DNA from: Deltaproteobacteria bacterium
Lineage (GTDB): Bacteria > Desulfobacterota > Deferrimicrobia > Deferrimicrobiales > Deferrimicrobiaceae
Length of the DNA: 64,000 nt
Direction of reading: 5' to 3'
Assembly: GCA_016219515.1 (NCBI GenBank)
Contig: JACRMU010000065.1
Span: 1,705-65,704 of the forward strand
The notes below the pieces were generated by a model, which saw only the letters and a program-made list of their open reading frames with translations, was not told where the DNA came from and searched no databases. The position numbers and the translations under genes were made by a program. This document shows positions 45,961-56,357 of this stretch, in pieces. Positions within the stretch are counted from its first letter, which is position 1. Every line of letters begins with the position of its first letter.

Positions 45961-46794
45961 TCACGGCTCCATTCTGCGGTATCTCGTTGCCCTTCCCGCG
46001 CCGATGCGCGTCAACAAGTTGAGGGCGACGAGCCGGTTCAGGACCTGCTTGGCGGTTTCCCTCGAAAGGCCGAGTTCTCCCGATACCATCCGGTTGGTGA
46101 TCTCGCGGTGCCGGTCGAGCAGGGCCAGAACGCTTGACTGGTTCCCCGAGAGGCGGCTTTCCCCCGGAAACGCCGCCAGCAGCCCCTTGAGCTCTCTCGC
46201 CTGGACTCGCATCGCGTCGACGAAAGCGGTCAGCCAGGGGCCCATGTCGAGCCTCGGCAGATGCCGTGACGCCTGGCTTTTCCGCAGGGCGAGGTAATAT
46301 TCCGCCTTCCGCTCCGCAACGACTTTTTCGAGAGAGGCGTAGGGGAGGTAGGCGTATCCGCATTGCAGGAGGAGCAGGTCGGTGAGGATGCGGCTCGTGC
46401 GGCCGTTTCCCGCTGCGAACGGACGGATCGCGAGAAACTCGAGAAGGAAGCCGGCGACGACAAGGAGCGGATGAAACTCCGCCGAGCGGAGCCGGGAGTT
46501 CGTCCAGGAGATCAGTTCGTCCATTTCCCGCTCGATCGAGCCGGGGTCCGAGGGGCGCAGCGCGATCGATTCCATGCTCCTCCGGGGGAAGAAGGCGGAG
46601 CGGTCGGGGGTGGACCGGTAGGCCCCCCGGTGCCCCCGGTCCCCGGGGGAATACCGCAACAGGCCGGCGTGGAACGAAAGGAGGAGTTCCGGGGAGAGCG
46701 TCCTCTCCGCGTGCCCGTCGAACACCGTTCGCAACAGGTGCGCGTAGCTCGCCGCGGAGGCGTGGCGCAGTTCCCCGGCTCTTTCCGGCGACAT
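45961..46794 (-). CDS. Fic-domain protein with C-terminal winged-HTH; Fic motif reads RPFAAGNGR (Arg in place of the catalytic His)
   Basis: FLLEFLAIRPFAAGNGRTSRIL corresponds to the Fic core HPFx[DE]GNGR. Alternative minus frames in the track (45902-46933, 46512-47045) are low-complexity artefacts. Confidence 0.65.
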   Translation of the reverse strand: MSPERAGELRHASAASYAHLLRTVFDGHAERTLSPELLLSFHAGLLRYSPGDRGHRGAYRSTPDRSAFFPRRSMESIALRPSDPGSIEREMDELISWTNSRLRSAEFHPLLVVAGFLLEFLAIRPFAAGNGRTSRILTDLLLLQCGYAYLPYASLEKVVAERKAEYYLALRKSQASRHLPRLDMGPWLTAFVDAMRVQARELKGLLAAFPGESRLSGNQSSVLALLDRHREITNRMVSGELGLSRETAKQVLNRLVALNLLTRIGAGRATRYRRMEP

Positions 46795-47050
46795 CGCGGC
46801 CGCCCGTTCGTCCCCGCGCCGCGGGATACCGACCCAATCGATCCCGACGGAAGCCCTCGCGGAGATCGCGATCGTCCTCTTCCGCAGGTCCGCGAGATAG
46901 GAGGGGGGCGGCTGAAACCGTCCCCTCCACCATCCCTTGAACTCGTCGATCTCCGAGATCCCCGAAAGGAGGACGGGCCAGGACGGAGGGAAGACCGCGC
47001 GCAGCTGGCTGTCGAGCCGTTTTTCCAGGATGCCTCCATGGACACAGATC

Positions 47051-47070
47051 TATACCCGATTATACCCGAT
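47051..47070. repeat. Perfect 10-bp tandem direct repeat TATACCCGAT x2 (followed by TATCCC) in the fic/gdhA divergent intergenic region
   Basis: Read directly from the sequence. TTGACC lies 12 nt downstream. Possible regulator binding site. Confidence 0.4.
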
Positions 47071-47177
47071 TATCCCTTCTTGTCTTGACCGCGGGGGAGG
47101 AACGGGTAAAGTCGGTCCGTGGGAGGCGCCCGGCGCGGCGTCAATATCGTTGCCTGCGAAAGCAGAGGAGGGGAACC

Positions 47178-48521
<1,344 letters not shown>

Positions 48522-48547
48522 GGGCGGATTCGTAAACGGTTCGGGCC

Positions 48548-48571
48548 GGGGAGGCCTTTCGGGGCCTCCCT
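48548..48571 (+). terminator. GC-rich hairpin (GGGAGGCC-tttcgg-GGCCTCCC) about 27 nt after the gdhA stop; candidate terminator
   Basis: Perfect 8-bp stem read from the sequence, but no clear U-tract follows. Confidence 0.35.
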
Positions 48572-48811
48572 TGCCCGGCGAATAGTGACATTCTTCCTTG
48601 TCGATCGGGTCTTGCCGTTTTACCGGGTTGAATCCAGCCGGAAAAAAGCGATTTTGTATGGTGGGAAAATCATTTCCTACTTATGAGATGTTTTACCCAA
48701 CGTTATGGGTAAGTTCTAAATTTTTTCCCACCAATGGATATGAAAATCGGTCTTGTTAGGGATTGTCTTTTGTTATCGGATAATTAACCGATATTCCCTT
48801 CAGATGTGGCC

Positions 48812-48827
48812 TGGCATGATAGTTGAA
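48812..48827 (+). promoter_or_regulatory. sigma54-type -24/-12 promoter-like element TGGCATgatagTTGA about 100 nt upstream of the PEP-CTERM protein gene
   Basis: Matches TGGCAC-N5-TTGC at 9 of 10 core positions, with correct GG-N10-(G)A spacing. Located in a low-GC intergenic region. Confidence 0.4.
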
Positions 48828-48925
48828 GAATAAACAAAATTAAGGATTGCTTCGCAATGCCGCGATAACAAAGTAAGTCCCCCGCAGGGGAAAAAATCGA
48901 TGGCCACCGGAGGCGGCGAACAACA

Positions 48926-49903
48926 ATGAAGCGAATTCTCATCCCCGTATTGGTATTCGTTGCCGCAATGAGCGTCTCGACGTGGTCGCATGCCACGACC
49001 CTGCTGGGAGACGCCGCGCTTTATAATGTGTTCGTTTTCGACGACATGAACGTCGGGTCGGACACCCAGGGCCGCGTCGCGGTCGGCGGGAATTTTACCG
49101 CTGCAAGTTACAGCATCGGCACCCTTTCATCGCCTGCACAATACAGCCTTGTCACCGGGGGGAACGTTGTTTATGGCCCCGGCTCCATTCGCCATGGCGG
49201 TATATATTCCGGAGGGAACGTCACATTAAAAAACTATTCCGTTGCAGGCGACGTAGTCGCGAGGGGTACGGTGACTACGATAAATGGCGGGACGGTCACC
49301 GGAACCGTCCAGGCGGGTTCGTCTCTTGCCGGTCCCGTAAATTTCACGGCCGCCGAGATCTATCTCAAGGGGGTATCCTACGATTTATCGCATGGGGTAA
49401 TGAACGGCACCACGACGGTCTCCCCCTGGCATGCAATCACTCTGTCCGGCAGCAATGCCGTGAATTCGTTTTACCTGAGTGGCACCGACCTTGCGAATGC
49501 GTCAAGTCTTACATTCAATTTCGCCTCCGATAAGATCGGCATCGTCAACGTTTCCGGGACAGACTGCGATTTCAGCGGGTTCGGATTTTTCGGCGGGGGC
49601 CTGGCCGAAAATATCCTTTTCAATTTTTATGAAGCGGAGAACCTCACCATCGGCAGCATCGGCGTAAGAGGAAGCATTCTGGCGCCTTACGCGGACATTA
49701 CGTTCAACTCCGGAGTGGTCCATGGCAGCGTGATCGCGGAATCGATCGTCGGGGGCGGACAATTCAATCAGAATCTATTCGACCATGAAATTCCCGGCGG
49801 CAGCCAGCCGGTGCCGGAGCCGGCCACGATGCTCCTTTTCGGCTCAGGGCTGGCCGGGCTTGCCGCGACGCGGCTCAGGAAGGGTGGTAAGATGCCTCGT
49901 TAA
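48926..49903 (+). CDS. choice-of-anchor A domain protein with C-terminal PEP-CTERM sorting signal, secreted
   Basis: Signal peptide. LGDAALYNVFVFDDMNVGSDTQGRVAVGGN matches the choice-of-anchor A N-terminal signature. C-terminus VPEPATMLLFGSGLAGLAATRLRKGGK is PEP + TM + basic tail. Confidence 0.8.
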   Translation: MKRILIPVLVFVAAMSVSTWSHATTLLGDAALYNVFVFDDMNVGSDTQGRVAVGGNFTAASYSIGTLSSPAQYSLVTGGNVVYGPGSIRHGGIYSGGNVTLKNYSVAGDVVARGTVTTINGGTVTGTVQAGSSLAGPVNFTAAEIYLKGVSYDLSHGVMNGTTTVSPWHAITLSGSNAVNSFYLSGTDLANASSLTFNFASDKIGIVNVSGTDCDFSGFGFFGGGLAENILFNFYEAENLTIGSIGVRGSILAPYADITFNSGVVHGSVIAESIVGGGQFNQNLFDHEIPGGSQPVPEPATMLLFGSGLAGLAATRLRKGGKMPR

Positions 49904-49922
49904 TTGTTACCGGAGGGGGGCG

Positions 49923-50255
49923 ATGACCACCATCTCACTTCTGTTCTGTTCCAACATCTTCATGACCTTCGCCTGGTACGGGCACCTGAAAGAGCTCAAC
50001 ACGAAACCGTTGATGCTCGCCATCCTGGCGAGCTGGGGGATCGCCTTCTTCGAGTACGTCCTTCAGGTCCCCGCCAACCGCATCGGCTACCAAAGCTTCA
50101 CCTTGCCGCAGCTCAAGGTGATCCAGGAAGTGATCACGATGGTCGTCTTCGCCGGGTTCGTCACGTTCTACATGCGGCAACCGCTGAAGCTGGACTACCT
50201 GTGGGGCGCCCTCTGCCTGGTCGGGGCCGCCTACTTCATGTTCCGGTCGGCGTAA
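49923..50255 (+). CDS. DMT-superfamily small membrane protein (DUF486 family)
   Basis: LLFCSNIFMTFAWYGHLK is the DUF486 signature. Four TM helices. RBS ggagggggg. Confidence 0.75.
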   Translation: MTTISLLFCSNIFMTFAWYGHLKELNTKPLMLAILASWGIAFFEYVLQVPANRIGYQSFTLPQLKVIQEVITMVVFAGFVTFYMRQPLKLDYLWGALCLVGAAYFMFRSA

Positions 50256-50262
50256 CGACAGC

Positions 50263-50761
50263 TTATTTGTTCGGGCAATCCTTGCACGGTCCGTGAGGGC
50301 CGTCCCCGTGATGCCGGTGCTCATGCCCTCCACCGCCCATCATCGATTCCATGTGCTTCAGGTGGGACTCCTGGAGGCCGTCCACCATTCGGAAGTGCTC
50401 GATGGCCGCCTTCCGGAACTCCGCCGGGTCGGTGATCCCCGCCATCTTCTTCTCGTGGTCCCGCAGCGCGGCGACGCTTGACGCTTTTCCGGACCTCCTC
50501 CATGTGCTTCTTCATCCCTTCCTTCATGGAAGGCATGCCGTGGCCGTCGTGCCGATGGCCGCCTTTGCAGTCCTTTCCTTCGGGACAACCGGACTTGCAG
50601 CACTCGCAATCGTACTTGCAGCAGGGTTTCGCCCCGGACTTCTGCATTTCCTGGCACGGGGGGCCCCCCGCCGCCGAAATTGCGTTCCCCCGGTCGGCAA
50701 GCAGGAAAAAGGCGATCAACGCGCAGGCGACGATCGCCGCCGGAATCCGGAACGTCTTCAT
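50263..50761 (-). pseudogene. secreted Cys-rich / His-Met-rich putative metal-binding protein, reading frame broken by an apparent 1-nt insertion in an A4 run (plus-strand T4 at 50485-50488)
   Basis: Frame A (50761 downward): signal peptide, then CQEMQKSGAKPCCKYDCECCKSGCPEGKDCKGGHRHDGHGMPSMKEGMKKHMEEVRK with high GC3, then junk. Shifted frame: …SSVAALRDHEKKMAGITDPAEFRKAAIEHFRMVDGLQESHLKHMESMMGGGGHEHRHHGDGPHGPCKDCPNK with high GC3 to the stop at 50263. Track ORFs 50321-50761 and 50263-50445 are the two halves. Confidence 0.5.
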
Positions 50762-51006
50762 CTTGAGATCCTCCCTTCATGTCGATGTCGTCGCAGCCGT
50801 TCGGGAACGGACCTGCCGAAAAACCGCAGGGGGTATTATCTCATGCCTGTCCCGAGTCATTGAACAAGCTTTCCAGTGCCGCAGGCGGAAAGCTGAAGAT
50901 ATAATGGGGGCGGGTTGGTCCAACGCCAGGTGATTTACGATACGGGGCACCGGGCTCCCGCGCGGTCGGCGGCGCCGGGGAGACCCGGGCGGAAGAGGGG
51001 GGGAGC

Positions 51007-51639
51007 ATGCTCGTAGGCAGGCGGATGACGAAGGACCCGAAGACGGTATCGCCGGACGACACGCTGGCGCACGCCGCGGACATCATGCGGCGGTTGCGGT
51101 TCAACCACCTTCCCGTGGTGGAGGGAGGGAAGCTGGTGGGGATCCTCACCGATACCGACCTGCGGAACATTTCGCTGACGGGCGAGCCGGCGCAGGGCGG
51201 AACGATGCCTTCCGACCGCCGGGTGCGGGAGGTGATGAAAACGGATGTCTGGTCCCTCACGCCGGAGGACGCGGTGGAGGATGCGCTCCTGATCATCCGC
51301 CGGAAGAAGTTCGGCGCCCTTCCGGTCCTCTCGGGGGACAAGCTGGTCGGCATCATCACGAAGATCGACCTGCTGAACGCCGTGATCGACGTCCTGAACC
51401 TCGAAGAGGTGGGCGTCCGGATCGAGGTTTCCCTCCCGTGGAACATGAAACGGTTCGAGGAGCTGGTCGGCGTCCTTGAGGGGATGTCGGTCCGTGTCCG
51501 CAGCTGCATGATCACTCCGCGGAAGGGGTCGGACCGGATGGTCGCGCTCCTCCGTCTCGACACGATCGACGGCCCGAAGGTGATCGAGGGGCTGCGCGCC
51601 AGGAACTTCGATGTGCCGGGGACGGCCGACTTCTCGTAA
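51007..51639 (+). CDS. CBS-domain pair protein with C-terminal ACT-like domain
   Basis: Two CBS motifs (…HLPVVEGGKLVGILTDTDL… and …LPVLSGDKLVGIITKIDLL…). Confidence 0.75.
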   Translation: MLVGRRMTKDPKTVSPDDTLAHAADIMRRLRFNHLPVVEGGKLVGILTDTDLRNISLTGEPAQGGTMPSDRRVREVMKTDVWSLTPEDAVEDALLIIRRKKFGALPVLSGDKLVGIITKIDLLNAVIDVLNLEEVGVRIEVSLPWNMKRFEELVGVLEGMSVRVRSCMITPRKGSDRMVALLRLDTIDGPKVIEGLRARNFDVPGTADFS

Positions 51640-51655
51640 CGCGCCGGACCGCCCC

Positions 51656-54448
51656 TTACGACGGTTCCTTTCCCGCTCCGATGAGCCGCCGCAGCACGTA
51701 CGGCAGGATCCCGCCGTGGAGGTAGTAGCGGACCTCCTCGGGGGTGTCGATGCGGGCGATCGCCGGGAAGGAAGTTTCCTTCCCGTCGAGTGCCGCGCGC
51801 ACGGTCATCCGCTTCCGCGGAGAGATCCCGCCGGCGATCCCATCCACCGAGTAGAGCTCCCTCCCCGTCAGTCCCAGGGAATCGCGCGTGGCTCCGTCGG
51901 CGAACGTCAGCGGCAGGATCCCCATCCCGACGAGGTTGCTCCGGTGAATCCGCTCGAAGCTCTCCGCGAGGACCGCCTTGACGCCCAGAAGCATCGGGCC
52001 CTTGGCGGCCCAATCGCGGGAAGAGCCCGAGCCGTACTCCTTTCCCGCCAGGATCAAAAGCGGGATTCCCTCCTGTGCATAGCGCATCGAGGCATCGTAA
52101 ATCGTTTCCGTCTTCCCCTCCGGCAGGTGAACCGTCCATCCGCCCTCGGTCCCCGGCGCGAGAAGGTTGCGCAGCCGGATGTTTGCGAACGTCCCGCGCA
52201 TCATCACCTCGTGGTTCCCCCGCCGGCTGCCGTAGGAATTGAAGTCCTCCCTCCGTACGCCGTGCTCCAGGAGGTATCGCCCGGCGGGGCTGTCCGCAGG
52301 GATGTCCCCGGCCGGGGAGATGTGGTCCGTGGTAACGGAGTCGCCCAGCACGGCCAGGACCTTCAATCCCGACAAGTCTCCGCGGGGTTCCGGCGCGGCC
52401 GGCAGATTTTCGAAGAACGGCGGGTGCTTTACGTAGGTGGAGGAAGCTTCCCAGGCGAAGCATTCCTCCAGCGGCACCGGGAGATCCTTCCACGCCGCGT
52501 CTCCGGCGAACACCGCCGCGTACTCTTTCCGGAACATCCCGGAACCGATGCTGTCGCGGACCGTCCGCGAAATCTCCTCCGGCGTGGGCCAGATCTCCGC
52601 GAGGAAGACGGGGGCGCCGTTCGGGTCGTGTCCCACCGGATCCCGCGACAGGTCGATGTCCACCGTCCCCGCGAGGGCGTACGCGACGACGAGAAGGGGA
52701 GAAGCGAGATAGTTCGCCCGGCACTGGGGATGGATCCTTCCTTCAAAATTCCGGTTCCCGGACAGTACGGAGGCGACGGCAAGGTTTCCCTCCCGGATCG
52801 CCTGCTCGATCGACCTCGGGAGCGGCCCGGAGTTGCCGATGCAGGTGGTGCACCCGTATCCCGCCAGGTGGAATCCCAGTCCTTCGAGATAAGAGGTCAG
52901 GCCCGCGCGGTCGAGGTACCGGGTCACGACCTTCGAGCCGGGCGCGAAACTGGTCTTGACCCACGGGCGGGTCCGCAGCCCCCGCTCCACCGCCTTTTTC
53001 GCGACGAGGCCGGCGCCGACCATCACGGATGGGTTGGAGGTGTTCGTGCAGCTGGTGATCGCTGCAATGACGACGGCCCCGTCGGCGAGCCGGAACGACT
53101 GCCCCCCGTGCGCAACCTGGATTCCTCCGGCGGGCGCCGCTTCCCCGGCGGCCGTCGAAGGACGACCGGCGGGCGCCCCCCCTTCCGCCTGCCAGCTGTC
53201 GTGATTTTCCGAGGCGGCGGACGAGGCGGCTTTCCCCCACCCGGATAGCGCTTTCCGGAACGATTCCCTCACATCTTCCAGCGGAACGCGGTCCTGCGGA
53301 CGCTTCGGGCCGGCAAGGCACGGCCGCACGTCGGAAAGGTCCAGGGAAAGCCGGTCCGTGAAGACGGGATCGGGCGTTGCGTCCGTGCGGAAAAGCCCCT
53401 GGATCCTGCAGTACGCTTCCACCATTTTTACCTGGGCCGCGCTACGCCCCGTGAATCTCAAGTAGGACAGGGTCTCCCGGTCCACCGGGAAGAACCCGAT
53501 GGTGGCGCCGTATTCCGGGGACATGTTGGAGATCGTCGCCCGGTCGGCGACCGAAAGGGAGGAGAGTCCCGCCCCGTAGAACTCGACGAACTTCCCCACG
53601 ACCCCCTTGGCACGGAGCATCTGTGTCACGGTGAGGACGAGGTCCGTCGCCGTGGCCCCCTCGGGCAGCCGTCCGGAAAGGCGGAATCCCACCACTTCGG
53701 GGATCAGCATGGAGACCGGCTGGCCCAGCATCGCCGCCTCCGCCTCGATGCCGCCCACCCCCCATCCGACCACGCCAAGCCCGTTGATCATCGGGGTGTG
53801 GGAGTCGGTGCCGAGGAGAGTGTCCGGATACGCCTGGAAAACGCCGGCCGCCTTCCTGCGGAACACCACGGGAGCCAGGTATTCGAGGTTGACCTGGTGG
53901 CAGATGCCGGTTCCCGGCGGGACCACCCGCAGGTTCCGGAAGGCGCTCTGCCCCCAGCGCAGGAAGGCATAGCGCTCGCCGTTGCGCTCGTATTCCCTGG
54001 CGACGTTCGCCGCGAAGGACTCTTTCGTCCCGAACCGGTCCACCTGGACGGAATGGTCGATGACGAGGTCCGCCGGCATGAGGGGGTTGATCCGGTTCGG
54101 ATCCCCGCCCATCCGGAGGGCGGCGTCCCGCATCGCCGCGAGGTCGACCAGCGCCGGCACGCCGGTGAAATCCTGGAGCAGCACCCGGGCGGGGCGAAAG
54201 GCGATCTCCCGGTCGGGCGTTTTCCGGGGGGACCAGCGCGCAAGGGCCTCGATGTCCTTCGCGCGCACGGCGGCGCCGTCTTCGCACCGAAGGAGATTCT
54301 CCAGGAGGATTTTGATGGAGAAGGGGAGGCGGGAGACGGAGCCGACCCCCCGTTTTTCGAGCGCCTCCAGGCGAAACATCTCGCAGGGCCCCGGCCCGAT
54401 CGTTCTTCGGGTTCTGCTGCCGAAGCTGTCCGGATGCTTTTCGGCCAT
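51656..54448 (-). CDS. acnA: aconitate hydratase A
   Basis: Conserved AcnA blocks (ILLENLLR, GTDSHTPMINGLG, SCTNTSNPSV, GCTTCIGNSG, SGNRNFEGR). Start at MAEKHP with RBS aggggg. The track's upstream ATG lacks an SD. Confidence 0.9.
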   Translation of the reverse strand: MAEKHPDSFGSRTRRTIGPGPCEMFRLEALEKRGVGSVSRLPFSIKILLENLLRCEDGAAVRAKDIEALARWSPRKTPDREIAFRPARVLLQDFTGVPALVDLAAMRDAALRMGGDPNRINPLMPADLVIDHSVQVDRFGTKESFAANVAREYERNGERYAFLRWGQSAFRNLRVVPPGTGICHQVNLEYLAPVVFRRKAAGVFQAYPDTLLGTDSHTPMINGLGVVGWGVGGIEAEAAMLGQPVSMLIPEVVGFRLSGRLPEGATATDLVLTVTQMLRAKGVVGKFVEFYGAGLSSLSVADRATISNMSPEYGATIGFFPVDRETLSYLRFTGRSAAQVKMVEAYCRIQGLFRTDATPDPVFTDRLSLDLSDVRPCLAGPKRPQDRVPLEDVRESFRKALSGWGKAASSAASENHDSWQAEGGAPAGRPSTAAGEAAPAGGIQVAHGGQSFRLADGAVVIAAITSCTNTSNPSVMVGAGLVAKKAVERGLRTRPWVKTSFAPGSKVVTRYLDRAGLTSYLEGLGFHLAGYGCTTCIGNSGPLPRSIEQAIREGNLAVASVLSGNRNFEGRIHPQCRANYLASPLLVVAYALAGTVDIDLSRDPVGHDPNGAPVFLAEIWPTPEEISRTVRDSIGSGMFRKEYAAVFAGDAAWKDLPVPLEECFAWEASSTYVKHPPFFENLPAAPEPRGDLSGLKVLAVLGDSVTTDHISPAGDIPADSPAGRYLLEHGVRREDFNSYGSRRGNHEVMMRGTFANIRLRNLLAPGTEGGWTVHLPEGKTETIYDASMRYAQEGIPLLILAGKEYGSGSSRDWAAKGPMLLGVKAVLAESFERIHRSNLVGMGILPLTFADGATRDSLGLTGRELYSVDGIAGGISPRKRMTVRAALDGKETSFPAIARIDTPEEVRYYLHGGILPYVLRRLIGAGKEPS

Positions 54449-54492
54449 AGCGGGCGCCCCCCTTGAAGGCATTAATATAAGGAAATGGTACC

Positions 54493-55176
54493 ATGAGGTT
54501 TCCCGCCCGGGGCGGTGCGATTCGAGCCGGCGCGGACGGATCCGCTATCCGCCGACGCAGCAGGAGGGCAGCGGGCAATGCGGGCGAACCCGGGACGAGA
54601 GGTGCATCCATCGACACGCTGACTCTTCTCGGGATCGCCGTGGGGCTTGCGATGGACGCCCTGGCGGTCGCCATCGCGACGGGCATCGTTCTGGGAAACG
54701 TCTCCGGCCGCCAGACCTTCCGCCTGTCGTTCCATTTCGGCCTCTTCCAGTTCCTGATGCCGGTGATCGGCTGGCTGGCGGGACTCTCCGTCGAGCGGTA
54801 CCTCTCCGGCTACGACCACTGGCTCGCCTTCGGCCTGCTCGCCTTCATCGGGGGGAAGATGATCTGCGAGGCTTTCCGCGGGAACGATGAGGAGAAGGCG
54901 GCGTCCGATCCCACGAGGGGGATTTCCCTCGTCGTCCTTTCGGTGGCCACGAGCGTGGACGCCCTGGCGGTGGGATTGAGCCTCGGCGTGCTTCGCATAA
55001 AAATATGGTATCCGGCGGTGGTGATCGGGCTGGTCGCCTGCGCCTTCACCGCGGCGGGGATGCACCTTGGAGCGCCCCTGGGGCAACGGTTCGGCCGGAA
55101 GATGGAGATCGCCGGAGGCCTGATCCTCGTCGGGATCGGCGTCAAGATCCTGTTGCAGCATCTTTCCCTCCGGTAA
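54493..55176 (+). CDS. mntP: manganese efflux pump MntP family
   Basis: Two DUF204 repeats with conserved MDA motifs (LAMDALAVA; SVDALAVG), six TM helices. The N-terminal 40 aa of the track ORF may be an over-extension, but no alternative in-frame start was found. Confidence 0.7.
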   Translation: MRFPARGGAIRAGADGSAIRRRSRRAAGNAGEPGTRGASIDTLTLLGIAVGLAMDALAVAIATGIVLGNVSGRQTFRLSFHFGLFQFLMPVIGWLAGLSVERYLSGYDHWLAFGLLAFIGGKMICEAFRGNDEEKAASDPTRGISLVVLSVATSVDALAVGLSLGVLRIKIWYPAVVIGLVACAFTAAGMHLGAPLGQRFGRKMEIAGGLILVGIGVKILLQHLSLR

Positions 55177-55296
55177 ACCGCATCCTCGTCGGGCTCGATG
55201 AGAAAAATGTTTCCCGGGCGCTCCTCATCCCGCTTCCGGAACCATGCCGTTGGAAGTATGATCTTACAGATTTAAAGGAAAGCCGAAGGAGATCCG

Positions 55297-56304
55297 TTGC
55301 ACGCATCGATCGGGACCCCGGTCCTTTGGATCGGGTTTACCCTTTTCGTTCTCGTTCTCCTGGCGGTCGATCTCCTGGTGTTCCACCGGAGGGAGCACGA
55401 GGTGCGCCCGAGGGAGGCGCTCGCCTGGACGATCGGGTGGGTCGCGCTCGCCCTGCTGTTCAACGCGGGGATCTATCGATTCTTCGGCGCCCAACGCGGG
55501 CTGGAGTTCTTCACCGGATACCTGATCGAGCTGTCGCTGTCGGTCGACAACCTCTTCGTTTTCATCCTCATCTTTTCGACGTTCGGCGTCCCCCCCGCCT
55601 GCCAGCACCGGGTGCTCTACTGGGGGATCCTGACCGCCCAGGCGATGCGGGCGGCCTTCATCCTCCTGGGCACCGCGCTGATCTCGGCGTTCCACTGGGT
55701 GATCTACATCTTCGGGGCGTTCCTTCTCTTCACGGGGGGGAAGATCCTCCTGGGGCACGGGACGGAGATCCACCCCGAGAAGAACCCGGTCCTGCGCCTG
55801 TTCGGGAAAGTCATCCCGACGGTCCACGAATTCCACAACGGAAAGTTCACCGTCAAGATCGACGGGAAACGGTACGCCACGGCGCTTCTTCCCGTCCTCG
55901 TGGTGATCGAGGTGAGCGACCTGGTGTTCGCGACCGATTCCATCCCGGCGATCTTCGGGGTGACCCTGGATCCGTTCATCGTCTACACGTCGAACATCTT
56001 CGCCATCCTGGGACTGCGGGCCCTCTTCTTTCTCCTTGCCCACGCTGTGGAGAACTTCCGGTTTCTCAAGTACGGGGTGGGCATGGTCCTCTTCTTCATC
56101 GGGGGGAAATTGCTGGCCAGCGGCTGGTATGATGTTTCCATCAAGGCATCGTTGACCGTCGTGGTCGCGCTTCTCGGGGCCTCCGTCCTGGCGTCGTTGC
56201 TTTTTCCTCACCGGGGGGGAAGCACGACCGGAGGCATGGGGGCTCGGGACGGCGCCGCCGGTGATAAGATGGACCCGCCCGGCGAAAACGGGAAAAACCG
56301 GTGA
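55297..56304 (+). CDS. TerC family integral membrane protein
   Basis: TerC signature segments (…[12 protein letters not shown]…; …[17 protein letters not shown]…). TTG start with RBS aggag 8 nt upstream. Confidence 0.8.
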   Translation: MHASIGTPVLWIGFTLFVLVLLAVDLLVFHRREHEVRPREALAWTIGWVALALLFNAGIYRFFGAQRGLEFFTGYLIELSLSVDNLFVFILIFSTFGVPPACQHRVLYWGILTAQAMRAAFILLGTALISAFHWVIYIFGAFLLFTGGKILLGHGTEIHPEKNPVLRLFGKVIPTVHEFHNGKFTVKIDGKRYATALLPVLVVIEVSDLVFATDSIPAIFGVTLDPFIVYTSNIFAILGLRALFFLLAHAVENFRFLKYGVGMVLFFIGGKLLASGWYDVSIKASLTVVVALLGASVLASLLFPHRGGSTTGGMGARDGAAGDKMDPPGENGKNR

Positions 56305-56357
56305 CGCCGCACCGGTTCCGGTCGTCATTTCCAGGAAACCTACAGGAGGCGAATCTC

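Noticed and set aside
45902-47045. Two other minus-frame ORFs overlapping the fic gene (45902-46933, 46512-47045)
   Set aside because: Arg/Pro/Gly-rich artefacts. Only frame 45961-46794 carries the Fic core motif and a wHTH.
54473-55296. yybP-ykoY (Mn) riboswitch upstream of mntP or terC
   Set aside because: I looked for the conserved yybP-ykoY core in both leaders and could not recognise it. Not reported as a feature.
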